A DNA stretch of 58,968 bases, filler included, from Sphacelaria rigidula (Eukaryota): the NCBI GenBank assembly GCA_964200075.2. It is 6 parts of 6 records of this genome, joined end to end, with 100 filler letters (N's around TTAATTAATTAA, not from the genome) between each part and the next. Parts side by side here need not be neighbours in the genome. Positions count along the whole stretch, not along the records: positions 39,383 to 49,126 come from CAXNAA020007857.1; positions 49,227 to 58,968 come from CAXNAA020007858.1; 4 more parts are not named here. The stretch is one strand, 5' to 3'. A program made the position numbers and the translations under genes. Below are positions 46,571 to 58,968 of this stretch, one piece after another (the stretch's first letter is position 1; every line of letters begins with the position of its first letter). A model generated the notes under the pieces. It was given only the letters and a program-made list of their open reading frames with translations. It was not told the DNA's origin and made no database searches.

Positions 46571-47823
46571 TAGAAAGTAATCTTACTCGCCGATTCCACC
46601 GAGCTGAGGACTCAGAGGGAATCTTATTCCCGACTACAACACCCACACATAGTGCTTCCTGATAGCAAAGGCGGGGTTCGGATGAAGAGGGTGTTGGAAA
46701 TATTTGTGCGGGCGTTTGGTACTGTTCACTAAATAGACCGACTACTACTGTCGCGGAGACAGTAGTTTAGCAGAGGTTGCACAGTGGTAGTCAAACCACT
46801 TGCTTCTGCAGCAGACAGAAAGTTTAAAGACAAAAATGGTGTTTGAGGCTCTTCACTTCGGCCGAACGAAATCAAGGCAGCCTCTTTTGCAAGCAGAGTG
46901 CTGAGGAAATGAAGAAGAGCTGGGTAAACTTGGGAGAGTGATTGCAAGGGCGATAGACCACCGCTTACAACCATGTTCAATCCTGGAAGAAGAATCCAAC
47001 ACTCTACGCGTACGTAAGGTCTAATCGTATCATTCAATTCAACCTCGCTATTGCTGACGCGGTAGCCTTGCTAGCTTAGATTAAGTGCAAATTTGCATAC
47101 AAGATATATCCTGTAGCTTATGTGGCCTAAATACTCTGCTAGAGTATGTTTCATTGACAAATCATGGCAGCACGCCTACTGTAGCAGTATCCTACCTGAA
47201 ACGTCATTCACACAGGTAGACTATGAATCAACACAAAAGAGGTACTCTCTGTGAAAAGGATACTAATGAAACGGTCTTCCGTGGTGCGCTGTTTCCTTGA
47301 AACGCAACAGGTTGTACCGCTATCTTTTGTTGCAACAACTCTATTCAAACATAATGAATATAGACTTCATCGTCTAGATTTTTCCAACAGAGGGTGCCGT
47401 AGGAAGGAGCACGTTGCGGAGTCATTGGCAAATACATCTTCACCGCCTCGCCCGTGCTGCGGCAAAGTGTACACTCTTGACGGTGGTGTACTCTCGATTG
47501 CGTACCGCCAAAACGAATACCCCGTATATCTTCCAGTGGGTCGCATCACATCTCGCCACACGCCTTCCCATCTGAGCCCATGAGCACCCGTGTCAGAGTT
47601 GGACACCACTTTGACGCGATTTAGGGTAAGTTCGGACTAACTACTGCAGGAGTGAAGACTAGAGAACAACTGTGTTCATCTACACACATGTGTAGTTGAG
47701 GTTTACAGATCTCGAAAGTGAACGTGTTTCAAAAGGGGTTGCGTGGTCGTGTGTCCGCGTAATGTTTTTGCTGACTTTTGTGTCTACGCAGCCGCGTGGC
47801 GCCCCTGGTAGTCCTTGCTTGTC

Positions 47824-47932
47824 ATGCCCATCCGGATCATCAACAGCGGCGTGAATCTCGAGAATGATCCGAACACGTATGTCACCGTGGTGTCTCGAGA
47901 TGAAGCTGGGGTTGTTTGCCAGACTATCTCAG
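47824..47932 (+). CDS. Candidate first coding exon of an unknown protein (MPIRIINSGVNLENDPNTYVTVVSRDEAGVVCQTIS)
   Basis: Upstream CTGAC branch point and CAG acceptor (47791), CAG|GTGAGC donor. A 113-nt intron with CTAAC leads to an in-frame exon at 48046. Confidence 0.5.
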
Positions 47933-49072
47933 GTGAGCGATGTGCAAGCCCAATTTCCGACTCAGTGTCTGTGTCCAGTACGGTGCAATACAGCACGCCG
48001 GAGAAACGTTCGAAGGACAAACCTAACCAAATATTTCCCCTGCAGGAACAAGCGACGCAGACGGCTGCGAACGTGCAGCGATCAGCGAGGACTTGGGTTT
48101 GGTCACAAGATACATATCGTTTGCAACCAGCATGACGGTGTATCTTTTAGCTGTACGCACGACCATTCAAGTCGGGGAAAGCTCGTTTTCATGTAGAATA
48201 ATGTTAGTGATTTGCCGTCTCACTCGTCATCTGCACGCCTGCAATTTAATGTGAAATGCCACCGGAATATGACATATACCGCGGGAAAGGTATGCCGATT
48301 TTCCAGACACACCACAGTTGCAACTATGGGTACAATGAGCTTCGGACGCATACATATGTACAAAGTCTATTCTCACGTTAGTCAGCCCACCAAACTTGGT
48401 TATAACATCGAGGGTCGCGATTATTCTCGCGTCCGCATGCCTGGAGTACCTTGTTCCCACCGAGTACAGGTAATAGAGCTCGGTGAGCCCAATGAAAAAC
48501 ATAAATAGGTACATACTGCCTTGTCACCAAACTATTCATCACTGCCAAGTGAAGTTCTTGCACTGTAGAATAAAGCAGGGGAAGAGCGCATGTGTCGGGA
48601 TTAACACATAACGGTCTCCACAATATTTATATCTCGAAATATCTACGATACGGATCCCCGGTTGCCAGCTTCTACTTGAGACACTGGGGCTCACCTTGTT
48701 CTCGAAATATAGTTACCACTAAGCAAGGGTGTCCCGTGGCAATACAGTACACAGTGCGATCGAAAATTGAAACAAAAAGTGTAGGGTGCTACAGTCGGCT
48801 CGCCGTTCTGAATCGAAATCGAACTGCCTTCAATTTTCCGGACCCTAGGAAGGTTTCAGCTCTCGCCTGAAACCAAACGGTGGCCACTTGAGTCGAAAAA
48901 GTGGCCCGGAAAGCTTGCGTGATCATCATGATGTGTGCCTTTCATTTTAGGCAGTACGGCATGATGTACAGACACCCACAACAAGACACGCACGCATCCA
49001 AAATCGCCCGAGTCCACTCGGATACAATGTGGCTTTCATTGATTGCGGAGTCATGCTACGACAGGGGGAGGG

Positions 49073-49126
49073 AGGGGGGGGGGGCGCGCGCTCATTTGTG
49101 CCTTGCCTTAGTCGTTGGACCCTTGA
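49073..49126 (+). repeat. Poly(G)-headed dispersed short repeat copy at contig end
   Basis: G-run then CTCATTTGTGCCTTGCCTTAGTCGTTGGACC. Confidence 0.75.
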
Positions 49127-49226
49127 NNNNNNNNNNNNNNNNNNNNNNNNNNNNNNNNNNNNNNNNNNNNTTAATTAATTAANNNNNNNNNNNNNNNNNN
49201 NNNNNNNNNNNNNNNNNNNNNNNNNN
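49127..49226. other. Artificial contig linker
   Basis: N44-TTAATTAATTAA-N44. Confidence 0.98.
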
Positions 49227-49730
49227 TTCAGTTCCGAAATGCCCCCCAGGCGTAAAAATGCTTTGTGCGGTATCTCACCAACCAGACCGCCGAATTCCTC
49301 CAATGGGGTACTGTACGGTAGCTGCATGCACAGGACGTTTGCTGAAGCAAAAAAAGGGAAGTTGCCTTTTAGGAACGCTAGAGCATCCACTCTGAATCTG
49401 AAACTACGTTCTGAATCTCACGAATACAGTGTTTCAAGCGATCAAAAAACAGGCGGGAGTTTTCATCACCTGACCGTTTTTTGCTGAAACTCCGTGTCGT
49501 GCCTCATTTGGCCAAAACAAAAGTGCGGCCAGCGGGAAAGGCAGGGTTGCCCTAGAACGGTCTCAACGAGCAGAGCAAGTCATTCAAAGGCGTCAACATC
49601 CGCCTAGCCCTCTTCTCGGGCGTAAATCGACGGAAAGGGGTCCAAAAACAGTTTTCGACAGGAATTTTGAACGCCTCTCATCAGAGTTAGCGATAGTTCG
49701 ACTTGAGTTTAGCCCAGAAACAAAACCCCT

Positions 49731-49905
49731 GTCGCCCCGGTGGCTCAGTTGGTGATCTGGAAACCTTCTCACGGTTGGGTCGTGGGTTCGGATCTCTGAG
49801 CGACCTGGGGTTTTTCCTCTCACAATGCCCAACAGTGGAGAGCGCCTACTATGTTGTTGGTACACAAATTTGGCGTAGGGATCAACGAGAGAAAGGGACT
49901 GCTGA
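49731..49905 (+). mobile_element. tRNA-derived SINE, copy 3, 3'-truncated by a MITE
   Basis: GCCCCGGTGGCTCAGTTGG...GGGTCGTGGGTTCGGATC plus body match. Confidence 0.85.
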
Positions 49906-50096
49906 GGCCGTGTCTTGTCAAATTGTGTTCGTGTCGGAAACGTGCGGTCAAATCGAATCCCCCCGTTTCTTATTCGCCCACGATCTTTAATTTCTCAACC
50001 ATATCAGAGAATTAGTAGCGTGGACCAATAAAAAACGAGCGAATTCGATTCGACCGCGCGTTTTCGATGCCAAAACAATTTGATAAGACACGGGCC
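49906..50096. mobile_element. GGCC-ended MITE (PIF/Harbinger-like)
   Basis: TIRs GGCCGTGTCTTGTCAAATTG / CAATTTGATAAGACACGGGCC. A related truncated copy lies at 52034-52192. Confidence 0.75.
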
Positions 50097-52192
50097 GTGC
50101 ATTATAAAAAGACAATGTGATATAGATGGGGCGTAACACGGGGTTCAACGCCTTCCTAACTATGATCAGTGTGCTGCAGGCTTGAGTAGGTACACAACGC
50201 ACCAGGTGTCCGAGTAAAGCAAGCCGCAAACGCACACGTGCAGGTTTCCGTGATCGTTGGTCACAGTAGCAACAACAAAAGGAGCTCAAAGGCTCGATAT
50301 CTTTTTAACTCTCACTGATTATCCCCGCGATGGCCCAGCACACTGTTCTCACCAGTGGTAAACAGTAGGAGCAGATGGTCCGGCTCAAAGGATGGCTCAA
50401 GAGTGGGCAAGGATGCATGGGTACATGCGACGCAACCTATCTAAATTCGGCCCGAGAAGGCGTTTGCCTCCTCGGGGTCAGGGCATTTCAGCCTGCACAC
50501 TAATCTTCCCTAGAGTACAGCCTGTACATCCCGTTTTCCCAGAACTTCGGAAGCATTCCCATGGCTGGATCGAATGATCTGTGAGCCAACCTGCCCCAAA
50601 ACTGTCTGGAGGAACAAATAACGCCTCACTATCTTCCTTCCTCATGACAACAATCGACTCGAAAACATGCGGTCAAATCGAATTGGTCGCGACGACGCCG
50701 TATCAGATCTGCTCACGGCATGTATGTTCTCAGATGACTTCAAGTCCGTTGAATCATTAGTTGCGTGCGGCGGGCAGGGACCACAGCGAGAAAAGCTCAG
50801 CTTTTTCGAGAAGAACGAGCGGGTGAATGAACGAAGGGGCATGTAACTCCTGTGTTGCGGACAAACGTGCCAGATACTACCCTTTCACAAAATTACGCAA
50901 AGCCCATGTGGCTCATTGGCAGCTACTGTACCTACTCAACCCTGCGGCATAGATCACGAACTAAGCACGGGGATACACACACTGCAGTGGTAGGAAACCG
51001 AGAGCCACCACACTTACTTTTGGCCAACCGGGTTTACCAGATTGTCGGAAAAAATTGTTGAAAGTATATTATACGCATTTTACTGTTGCCCAGTGCGCTG
51101 GATCTCACAAAGTTACAGGCGCAGCAGTGAAAATGAAATCGCCAACGGGTCTCCCCGACAGAAGAAAAAAACGATAACAACCCAACTTTTGAATGGCAAG
51201 CTGGGACCGGCGCGGGAATCTGGGAAGAGTCAGATAGCTGATGAAATAAATGTCCGCACTACGTGAGCACTCGGTTGGTTCCGAACCAAAACAAAGTTGA
51301 ACTCCGTCGGCTATTCTCGCTGTACTGATGGCAGCTGCTGCTTTTCTGGCTCCCTGCGTCGCTTGTGCGGCTCCATCCATGTGATGAGAGATACACTGCG
51401 AAGCGTTAGGTAGCTGGCTGTGCCGCATGAGCGGGTCATTGCCGATGACTTACTGTATACAGATATACAGTATTCGCAGATCACAACCGATGCGCATTTC
51501 ACTTGTCTCTGGCGCCCACTCGAACCTACTCCACGGTCCAGCTTATTTATTCGAAACGATGGACGTCCAGCATGTCTGGTATTCCCCAAACGATTTGGGG
51601 GTATGTGTGATGCCGATGTTTTTGTGCTCGGTATGCCTTGCACACGCACAAGATGCCTTGCAAATGCGCCAGGTTTTCTGACGCGACCGTGAAGGCACCA
51701 CAGTCTGAAACATCACCCAGCCTGCACATGATTTGCAACGTGGGATACTGTTGAAAACTCGATTGACTGCTGAGCTAAACAGCCAGCGCTGGCAGTTTAC
51801 CTCAGGAGTCAATCGGTTTCTTAAGAAACGCTAAGTTCGCCAGGATCCTGTCGAAAGGAACGGGAAAAGACTGAGAATTTGACTTCGATGTTAAGCACCG
51901 GGTGGGGTCGAAGTCTACCGGTTGAAGTAAACAGTGTTGGTTACAGGGATAACATCCCTGGGGTGTGAGTACTCGGGATCATGCGACGGACCCACCGAAC
52001 TTAGCGTTTGCTAAAACACAGATTGACAGCTGAGGCCGTGTCTTCTAAAATTGTTCTTGACTCGAAATCGTACGGTGAAATCACATTTGCTCGTACCTAA
52101 TACGTCCACGGCATGCATGTTCTCAACCATCTGAGAAAATGAGTAGCGCACGCGTGGACGAATCAGAAACGAGCGAATTCCCTTCGACCGCA

Positions 52193-52886
52193 CATTTGCT
52201 TTTGGTTCAAGAGTTATGGATTATTTGGGATGTAGAAAAGACGGAAAACTAACGCAAACAAAACTGCAAGATAAAAAACACGTTCTCGCAGTTGGGAAAA
52301 TATCGGACTAATCCGAGACTACTGTACTTAATATTGGCCCGCCCTTGGGGTAGGTGACGCTTACAACCCCCCCCCCCCCCCCCCCTTTTACTTCATCCAT
52401 ATAATCCGCACCCTGGTGCCTCCCTCCTTTGAGCGAAAGGGTGGTGGGTGGGAAAAATCGGTCAAGTGCCAGGGACTACTTCACTACTGAGACTGCTGGC
52501 ATGTCGCTGTCTGGTCAGCTGGTCTCGAGTGATACTGTCTGCTTCTTTAGTGCTCTTGCACCAGACCAGTCTCGCTCGCTTGAACCAACTCTGTGGCGTT
52601 TGCGCCTTGGACACGCGACCCTTATATATTGTTTCAACTTCGGCATACGCCAGAGTACATCCCTTATAATTCATCATCCGCCAACACAAGCCTCGTATTC
52701 ATACTGAATACATCCATTTGCTTTTGACTCAAGAATTATGGATTATTTGGGATGTAGAAAAGGTGGAAAACTAACGCAAACAAAACTGCGAGACAAAAAA
52801 CACGTTCTCGCAGTTGGGAAAACATCGAGCTAACCCGAGACTACGGTACTTGATATTCGCCCGCCCTTGCGGTAGGTCACTCTTAC
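52193..52886 (-). repeat. Split direct repeats: 172-bp B1 (52715-52886) and B2 (52193-52364) flanking putative A2
   Basis: Two colinear copies of catttgcttttg...gggatgtagaaaag...cccgcccttg.ggtaggt..cttac. Confidence 0.9.
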
Positions 52887-52974
52887 CTCATTGGGCAGTC
52901 CGACCTGTTCCCTCCTCCCTTCTCCTATTTTTCTTCACTTCGATTTCAATTCTTCTTCTTCTCTTCTTTGTACT

Positions 52975-54010
52975 TTACTCCCCAGCGAGTGCCTGCGATA
53001 CAAATTTAGCTCCTTCGCCCCCCGCTGTTACGTACGTCATGAAGGCCAGCGATTTCCACCTCCCGGCTCTCTGAATCTGCAGTTGCGACGCCCCCTGCCC
53101 CGCTAAATGTGTTACTCCCCCGATCCTACCGGAGTGCAGCGCGTACTCAGTCGGGTCCCTCCTTGTACTCGAAATTATTTGCCTAAGTGCGCTCGTCGCG
53201 CGTGCGTGACTGCTACCCATCCAGTCTTGCCTACGGCCTGCATCGGTGAAGCTTCTGCCCCCGACTCGAGTAGGAGCTCTAGCGCCCCTGTGTTTTCGAA
53301 TCTTTCGGCGCCCGGCGCACTTCCCCCTACTCTTGTTCGAGATACAACCGCCCCTAAGCGTTTTTGGTCCGCCTTGGAGGCTCTATAACGTACCGCGATC
53401 CTATCGGCCATGCCCCTGTCTGACCAGGTCAGTTGGGAGTTTTCTCTGAAAAAGGTAAGGTCTCTCCTCCGAAGGCAAAAATCTGGATGTACCGAACCAT
53501 CGTTGTACGCCCAGATTTCGGAGGCCCTACATAGAAGAAAATACGATAGGGTTAGGCCTTTTCATGTGACTCGGCTCTGTGTCGTACCCGTCTCTAACAT
53601 TCCCCCTTCTACCAACAGCGGTAGCGTCAACGGTTTTCGCACGCGGGGCCTTACTACGGATTTTCCGTGTGCCCGATCCACTCCCTTGAGTACGGCTGCT
53701 ATCATACAGTGTTTCATAGGTAACTCCCAACCGGTATGCATCTTGTGGTAAAAGCTTATCGCTGACAAATACCCCCGCATTATCCCTCTCTGGTGTTTGT
53801 GTGTAAGAAGCCGTCACGCAATAAATTCAGTGATATCGATGACCGCGCTAGCCCCGCCGTCGGTCCTTGACATACATACGGGCTTTTCTCGGCGGGCCCT
53901 CCACTCCGACCACGTTTCGAAGTTTTTCTCGTACCCGCTTCTTGTGCTGGCGTTCATTGACGCGTGGGCTAGAAGTTCTACTAGCTTTGCAACGCCCTTC
54001 TCGTCTATGG
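52975..54010 (-). pseudogene. Tyrosine recombinase (frameshifted)
   Basis: GYLSAISFYHK, RKPLT, VRYRASKADQ, YALHSGRIGGVTHL, RAGRWKSLAFMTYV. Confidence 0.9.
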
Positions 54011-54058
54011 CAGGGCCTCCCTCTTGTCCTGCAGTAGTATCACGAGTTCAGCGCGGAT

Positions 54059-55875
54059 TCAGTCTGCTTGTCGGGACATTATGTTCCAGATCTGTTCGTC
54101 TAGGCTGTGGTCCAGGGTTTTTTCTTGCAGAATCAAATCGAGTATCTCTCGGCCTCGATTTCCCAGCTCTAGCCGTCTCCAATCGAGATTTCCTGACAAC
54201 CGTGCTACCCTCTCGGCCACCTCCGACTCCGGCCATCTCGAGTAAACCATCCAGTGGCGACTTCCATGCGACCCATCATTCATCATTCGCATCAGAAGGG
54301 CGGCGCGTCTGTCTTTTGATCGCCCGCATTTATTTACCCAGTATACAGCCGACGAGATGTCACTGCGCATCAGGATCGGGTCCCCTCTGTCTGTGGGCCT
54401 TTCTCCCTTAAACATTTGGATAGCGCAGGCGGTCATGAACATTCCGCACAGTTCTAGTAGATTGATAATGATCGCACATGTTTCTCTATTTTTTGCTCTT
54501 CTCTTCAGTTCGCATATGAGCTCGTGTGGTAAAGAGTACCGCCAGAGTAACCCGAGCTCTGGGCAATACCCGCCTACCGCTGCCAGGCTCGCGTCGGAGA
54601 TGTATCTACGAGATGCGATGCGTTTTGTGTGGGCGAAGAGCGGGGCGCTAAACGATTCACCGTGATGCACCAGGTTCTCCGCAATGACCCATTTCCAAAA
54701 GCGATGTCCTCGTGAAACTCCCAGCCAAGGTTCACTGTTCGTCTCACCTTACGTTTCTTTTTCGCGGCTACGTGTAGGTCGGTGAGGCGTAGTAGTTGCC
54801 ATACGAAGTATTTCCCGGGTCTTACAACAAACGTGAGGTTCCAGAGTTTCCCAGCTATGCTGAGTACGTCTCGCGCGGCTAGCGCCGATTTATCGTGAGC
54901 GCCGTGCTGTACCGTTGCTAAGCTATAGTTGTCCATGTGCACGCTAGCGAAGAAGGGGTCGTGAAGTCCCCCCCCGCTTGCTGGGGGAATAGCAGCGTCG
55001 GGCAGGACCTTTGTAAGCGGCCCTTCCTCCCAGGGCTAGACTATAGTCACGTGTTTCATCCTCTCTCTACCTTCGTCGAGTATTACGGTGTCAAGTATTG
55101 AGGCATTGCAGTGTGCGTTCTCAGCAGCCTGTGATAAGAGCCCCCTGTAGCCGGGAGATCCCATCCATCCAAACGTGAGCCGGAAGTCTGCTACTATAAC
55201 GTCGTCTACGACGTAGCAGAAGTTTTGCGCTGGGTCGGGTGCGATCCTGACATCTCTGAACGCGTTCGAGACATCCGCCTTTGACAGTATAATTCTGCTA
55301 TCCGGAAACTTGACGCGTAACTTCAGGAGTTCGTTCAGTAATTTTGGGAGTGCCTCTCCGCAGAGGCATTGCGGCACCTCGTTCGCAATCGTGTCTCGGT
55401 TAAGGCCGTCTTTTTCTCCTTTCGGTACGCTGGGATCGAATGAAAAATCGTTGATAATCCTGACTTTGCTAGTTACAACTGCCGAAAGTGGGGGCACTCT
55501 GAGGCCGCTGGTTTCGAGCGCCGCCCTTTTTTCAAACACCAGGCATCTATTCCTTCGTACATCCTCAACCAACTTCTCCCAGACTTGAGGCATGTGTTCT
55601 TCAATACTGCGGTGATTACCGTCTTTCAGCGCTCCTCGAAGATCGGGAACGCTAGACGATGAGTTCAGTGGGACTCCGTACTCAATCATGTGCAGGAGAT
55701 CTCGTATCCGAGGGAAGTGTTTTTGGTTTCCGAAATACTCATGGACGTCGCTCAGGTTCATCGGCGGTGACACCAGAGTGCAGACGAGCCTCTTTGCTAC
55801 GTCCCCGATTCTTCCGTGGTTGAGTCGGACGAGACTCGTGCAAGTGGTGGCTAGGTCTGTGATGATGCGTTTCAT
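54059..55875 (-). pseudogene. Reverse transcriptase and RNase H (stops, YxDD decayed to HMDN, probable internal deletion)
   Basis: KVRIINDFSF, KADVSNAF, RLTFGWMGSPG, ISDASLAAVGGY, INLLELCG, RSDISSAVYWVNK. Confidence 0.9.
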
Positions 55876-56159
55876 TTATGTTAGATCTATGTGTGTATTC
55901 GATAGTTCTTGCTGTTGCTGTTTCCACCGGGTATTGAAGTTTTTGCTTGGGTGGTCCATGTGTCCGGTTGGGCTTCGGTGGCGTGTGGTCCCAACTGGAG
56001 GTGAGATTCTCACCGACCCGAAATTTCGCCTACCGATGATCTCCTTACTATCGGTGTTGTTCTTTTTCTCTGCGGGCTTCTCACACGTCAGCGTGTGCGG
56101 GCCGTTGTCTGGGGCTACCTGTGTGTAACTATTGGTCAACGGTTTTGCTTTAACGCACC

Positions 56160-56950
56160 AGGTGCTGTTTTGAACTCGTGCACGCTTTGCGCTCGTCAAC
56201 ATGGACGTGCCGTTATCCAGGGTTCCCTCGGAACTGCCAGACAACGGGTCTACTTCTGCACCTCTATGATTGTTTCTCTCCTCAAGCCACTGGTTATCGA
56301 GTCTGCACGCTTTGCGCTCGTCAACATGGACGTACCGTTGCTCAGGGTTCCTTCGGAACTGCCGAACGCCGGGTCTTCTTCTGCACTGGGTGTGATTCCA
56401 ATTTCACGGGGAGCATGAGTTATGTTCTTGTCTGATCTGCCGACGTTCAGGGTTACCTGTGCGTAACTGCCGACCGCCGGATCTTCATCTGAGCAATGAT
56501 GGTTGGTTCGAACTCTTGCATGCTTTGCACTCGTCAACGTGGACGTGCCGTTATCCAGGGTTCCGTCGGAACTGCCAGACAACGGGTCTTCTTCTGCACC
56601 TCTATGATCTTTTGCTCCCTTTAAGCTACTGATTATCGAGTTTGCACGCTTTGCGCTCGTCAACATGGACGTACCGTTGTTCAGGGTTCCGTCGGAACTG
56701 CCAGACAACGGGTCTTCTTCTGCACCTCTATGATCTTTTGCTCCCTTTAAGCTACTGATTATCGAGTTTGCACGCTTTGCGCTCGTCAACATGGACGTAC
56801 CGTTGTTCAGGGTTCCCTCGGAACTGCCGAACGCCGGGTCTTTTTCTGCACTGGGTGTGATTCCAATTTCACGAGGAGCATGAGTTCTGTTCTCGTCTGA
56901 TCTACCGACGTTCAGGGTTACCTGTGCGTAACTGCCGACCGCCGGATCTG
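56160..56950 (-). repeat. Nested tandem repeat array upstream of RT
   Basis: Five copies of a GSS(E/D)GTLxNGTS(M/T)LTSAK core, with 120-bp and 480-bp periodicities. Confidence 0.9.
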
Positions 56951-57639
56951 CTTCTACACGTCTCCTGTCTATGGGGATGTGCGAAGTGGTTTTGGCGTGG
57001 TGTCTGCATGTACTACTGTTGTTTTTGTTAGTCATGGGCGGGCAGATTGCCTGATCTTGTTGCTGGCTTACCTGTGCACGTTCGTGCAATCTGTTGTACC
57101 TCAGAGTTGACCGCTTACTGTAGTCGTGCGGGCCATTGTTCGCGTGTTTGTTGTTTTTCGTGTCATTGCGCGGGGCGGTGATGTCATCGAATATTTCACG
57201 CGTGTGAGCTCCACCGTCCAATCTAGTGTAACCTGCCGACATTTGCTTGTTACAGTAGGTCTTCGTGAGGTTGGTCATCGACTTGTTTGTCAGGCGTGGG
57301 TAGTGCGGGATGGGACTACGCGATCCACCGCTGTGACGTGCTTTAGGGTTGCTACATGCGTCGGCACTTCTGCTCTCACCGTGAAATAAGCTTACCGCAC
57401 CGACCCCGGTTGGGGGGCCTGAGCGGTACCCACCGACCTCGCCGAGTCCGTGACCGGTGCTCCTCCTCCCCCCAGACTGGTAGGCCCCGCCGACTGGCGG
57501 AGCCCGCACCTTCAGGTGCCCCGCCCAGCTCCGCCATTTCCGCCGAAGTTGTGGGAAAAGCGCGCCACTGTACTCGTTGCGGCCGCCGGTGCCGCTGGTG
57601 CTGGTGGTTTTGCCGACGCCGCTGTCGGGGGTGTTGGAC

Positions 57640-58960
57640 CTATCTGGAACGCCGCTGGCGGCTGGAGGGGGGGGGGGCTCCGACGGCTTCATGCTTGCTG
57701 GTGTGGTTCGGTAGGCGGCAGCCGCGCCCCCGTGGGCATGTGAGGCTCTGCCAAGCTCGTAAGCAGACACCCGCCGGTGGGGCCCATGACGTCATTTTCG
57801 TGTTGAAGTCGGTGTTCGGTGACGTGGGGTGTTGCCACTGGGGCGGGTACGACGGAGGGTGGGAAGCGACGCATTTGACCGCGTTGCTCGTGCCCCCGTC
57901 GGGAAGCGCCTTTCGCTTGACGGCTGTCTTGGGGGCGGGCTGTGCGGGTGAGCCTGCTACCGAGAGCCCGAGGTTTTGGCGACCGATGAGGCTGCTGAGG
58001 TGGCCATGGGCGATGAGCGTCTTCACGCGGGTGAAGAATGGTACCGGCGCCGCGGGGCCCTGCCCGTTGGCGGATGGGGCGGCAGAAGACTCCATGCGTA
58101 GATTCAATCCCGCGTCCCTGCATTTGGGAGCCACCCGTTGATGTCGTGGTTACGATCAGTGATGATGCGGGTTTTGACGGCCGCCTCGTCTCTGTGTAGA
58201 GCGGCGTAATATTTCCCGGTATAGGCGTCCAGCGCCGACGCCATCCTCGTCAGCTCTCCTGTGATGAAGGCTCTCCTATCCCCCCCACCGTCGTTGTCGC
58301 TGGTGCCGAAGTTGATTATGATGGCCAGCGCCTTGGTGATTGTCGTGACATGCACCTCGGCGCGAAAGTAGGATTTTTTTATGCCAGGCGACACCGGGGA
58401 GTGGAAGTTGGTGACGTCTACGTCGGTAAACGTCTGAAGGTTACTCAACATGCCCCGGTTGGTGTCGGCCACGTCGCGGAGTTTCAGTTTCGAGTTTGCA
58501 TCAAACATGGGAATGAAAATGAAGACCCCGCCCCTGAGGATGTGGAAGAGTGCCTTCTTTTCGTCCGAGAGCCAGCTGTTGATCTCCCGCTTCTTCTGCA
58601 TTTCTTCGGCCTTCTTCGTACTGGCGAGGGCGGTGTTGGCCGCTCCCATTGCATTCATGAGTTGTTGGATCTGTCCCCCTCCCCCGCCACTGAGAAGCTG
58701 GAGGAGTTGGTGGACCAGGGGTTGCGGCTGTGCTTGGTGGTATTGCTGTGGTTGATGTAGATGGGGTTGTTGTACGTGGTGCTGGTCCGGCTGCGGTTGC
58801 TGTTGTTGCTGCAGCGGCTGCGGCTGTTGGTGTTGGTGCTGCGGTTGTTGGTGCTGCTCGTGCTGCTGAGATTGGTGATGGTGATGTGACAGCGACTGTT
58901 GGTGTTCGTGATGCAGTAGTGGCCCTCCGATGGGTGGCGGCAGTGGGACGTTGGGTGCAA
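57640..58960 (-). pseudogene. gag-like ORF1 remnants of the YR element with Q/N/H-rich low-complexity 5' part
   Basis: Overlapping ORFs 58104-58658 and 57640-58134 upstream of pol on the same strand. No diagnostic motif. Confidence 0.5.
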
Positions 58961-58968
58961 GCGGGGGG

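Larger units (their letters stand above)
52193..58968 (-). mobile_element. Ngaro/PAT-type tyrosine-recombinase retrotransposon, 5' end beyond contig, inactive
   Basis: gag-like, RT, RNase H and YR remnants in order, followed by split direct repeats. Confidence 0.92.

Noticed and set aside
56250..57770. 506-aa ORF as an independent host gene
   Set aside because: It lies inside the YR retrotransposon, and its length is due to GC-rich and repeated sequence.

Overview
This window is eukaryotic DNA, most likely from a brown alga or related stramenopile (inferred from WSC-repeat exons, Ectocarpus-like retroelement proteins and long introns). It is not one locus. It is six ~9.74-kb contigs (1-9746, 9847-19592, 19693-29437, 29538-39282, 39383-49126, 49227-58968) sorted by decreasing length and joined by artificial N44-TTAATTAATTAA-N44 linkers, so adjacency across linkers is meaningless. 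Host genes reconstructed by hand from splice signals: four phase-0 exons of an unknown protein (contig 1, minus), five exons of a WSC-repeat protein 3' end (contig 2, minus), two exons of an F-box gene resembling plant RMF/ZYGO1 with a ~7-kb intron (contig 3, minus), and a weak candidate gene start (contig 5). Most of the rest is transposon-derived: two dead tyrosine-recombinase retrotransposons (one with Ngaro/PAT-type split direct repeats), a bounded 5.4-kb Ty3/gypsy element with no recognisable RT just upstream of a tRNA-derived SINE, Copia/gypsy/LINE relics, three SINE copies, several MITE/foldback families, and a dispersed poly(G)-headed repeat. Most ORFs in the supplied track are spurious. 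All family assignments come from motif recognition, not database searches. No clearly new biological system was established; the best leads are listed in the findings.
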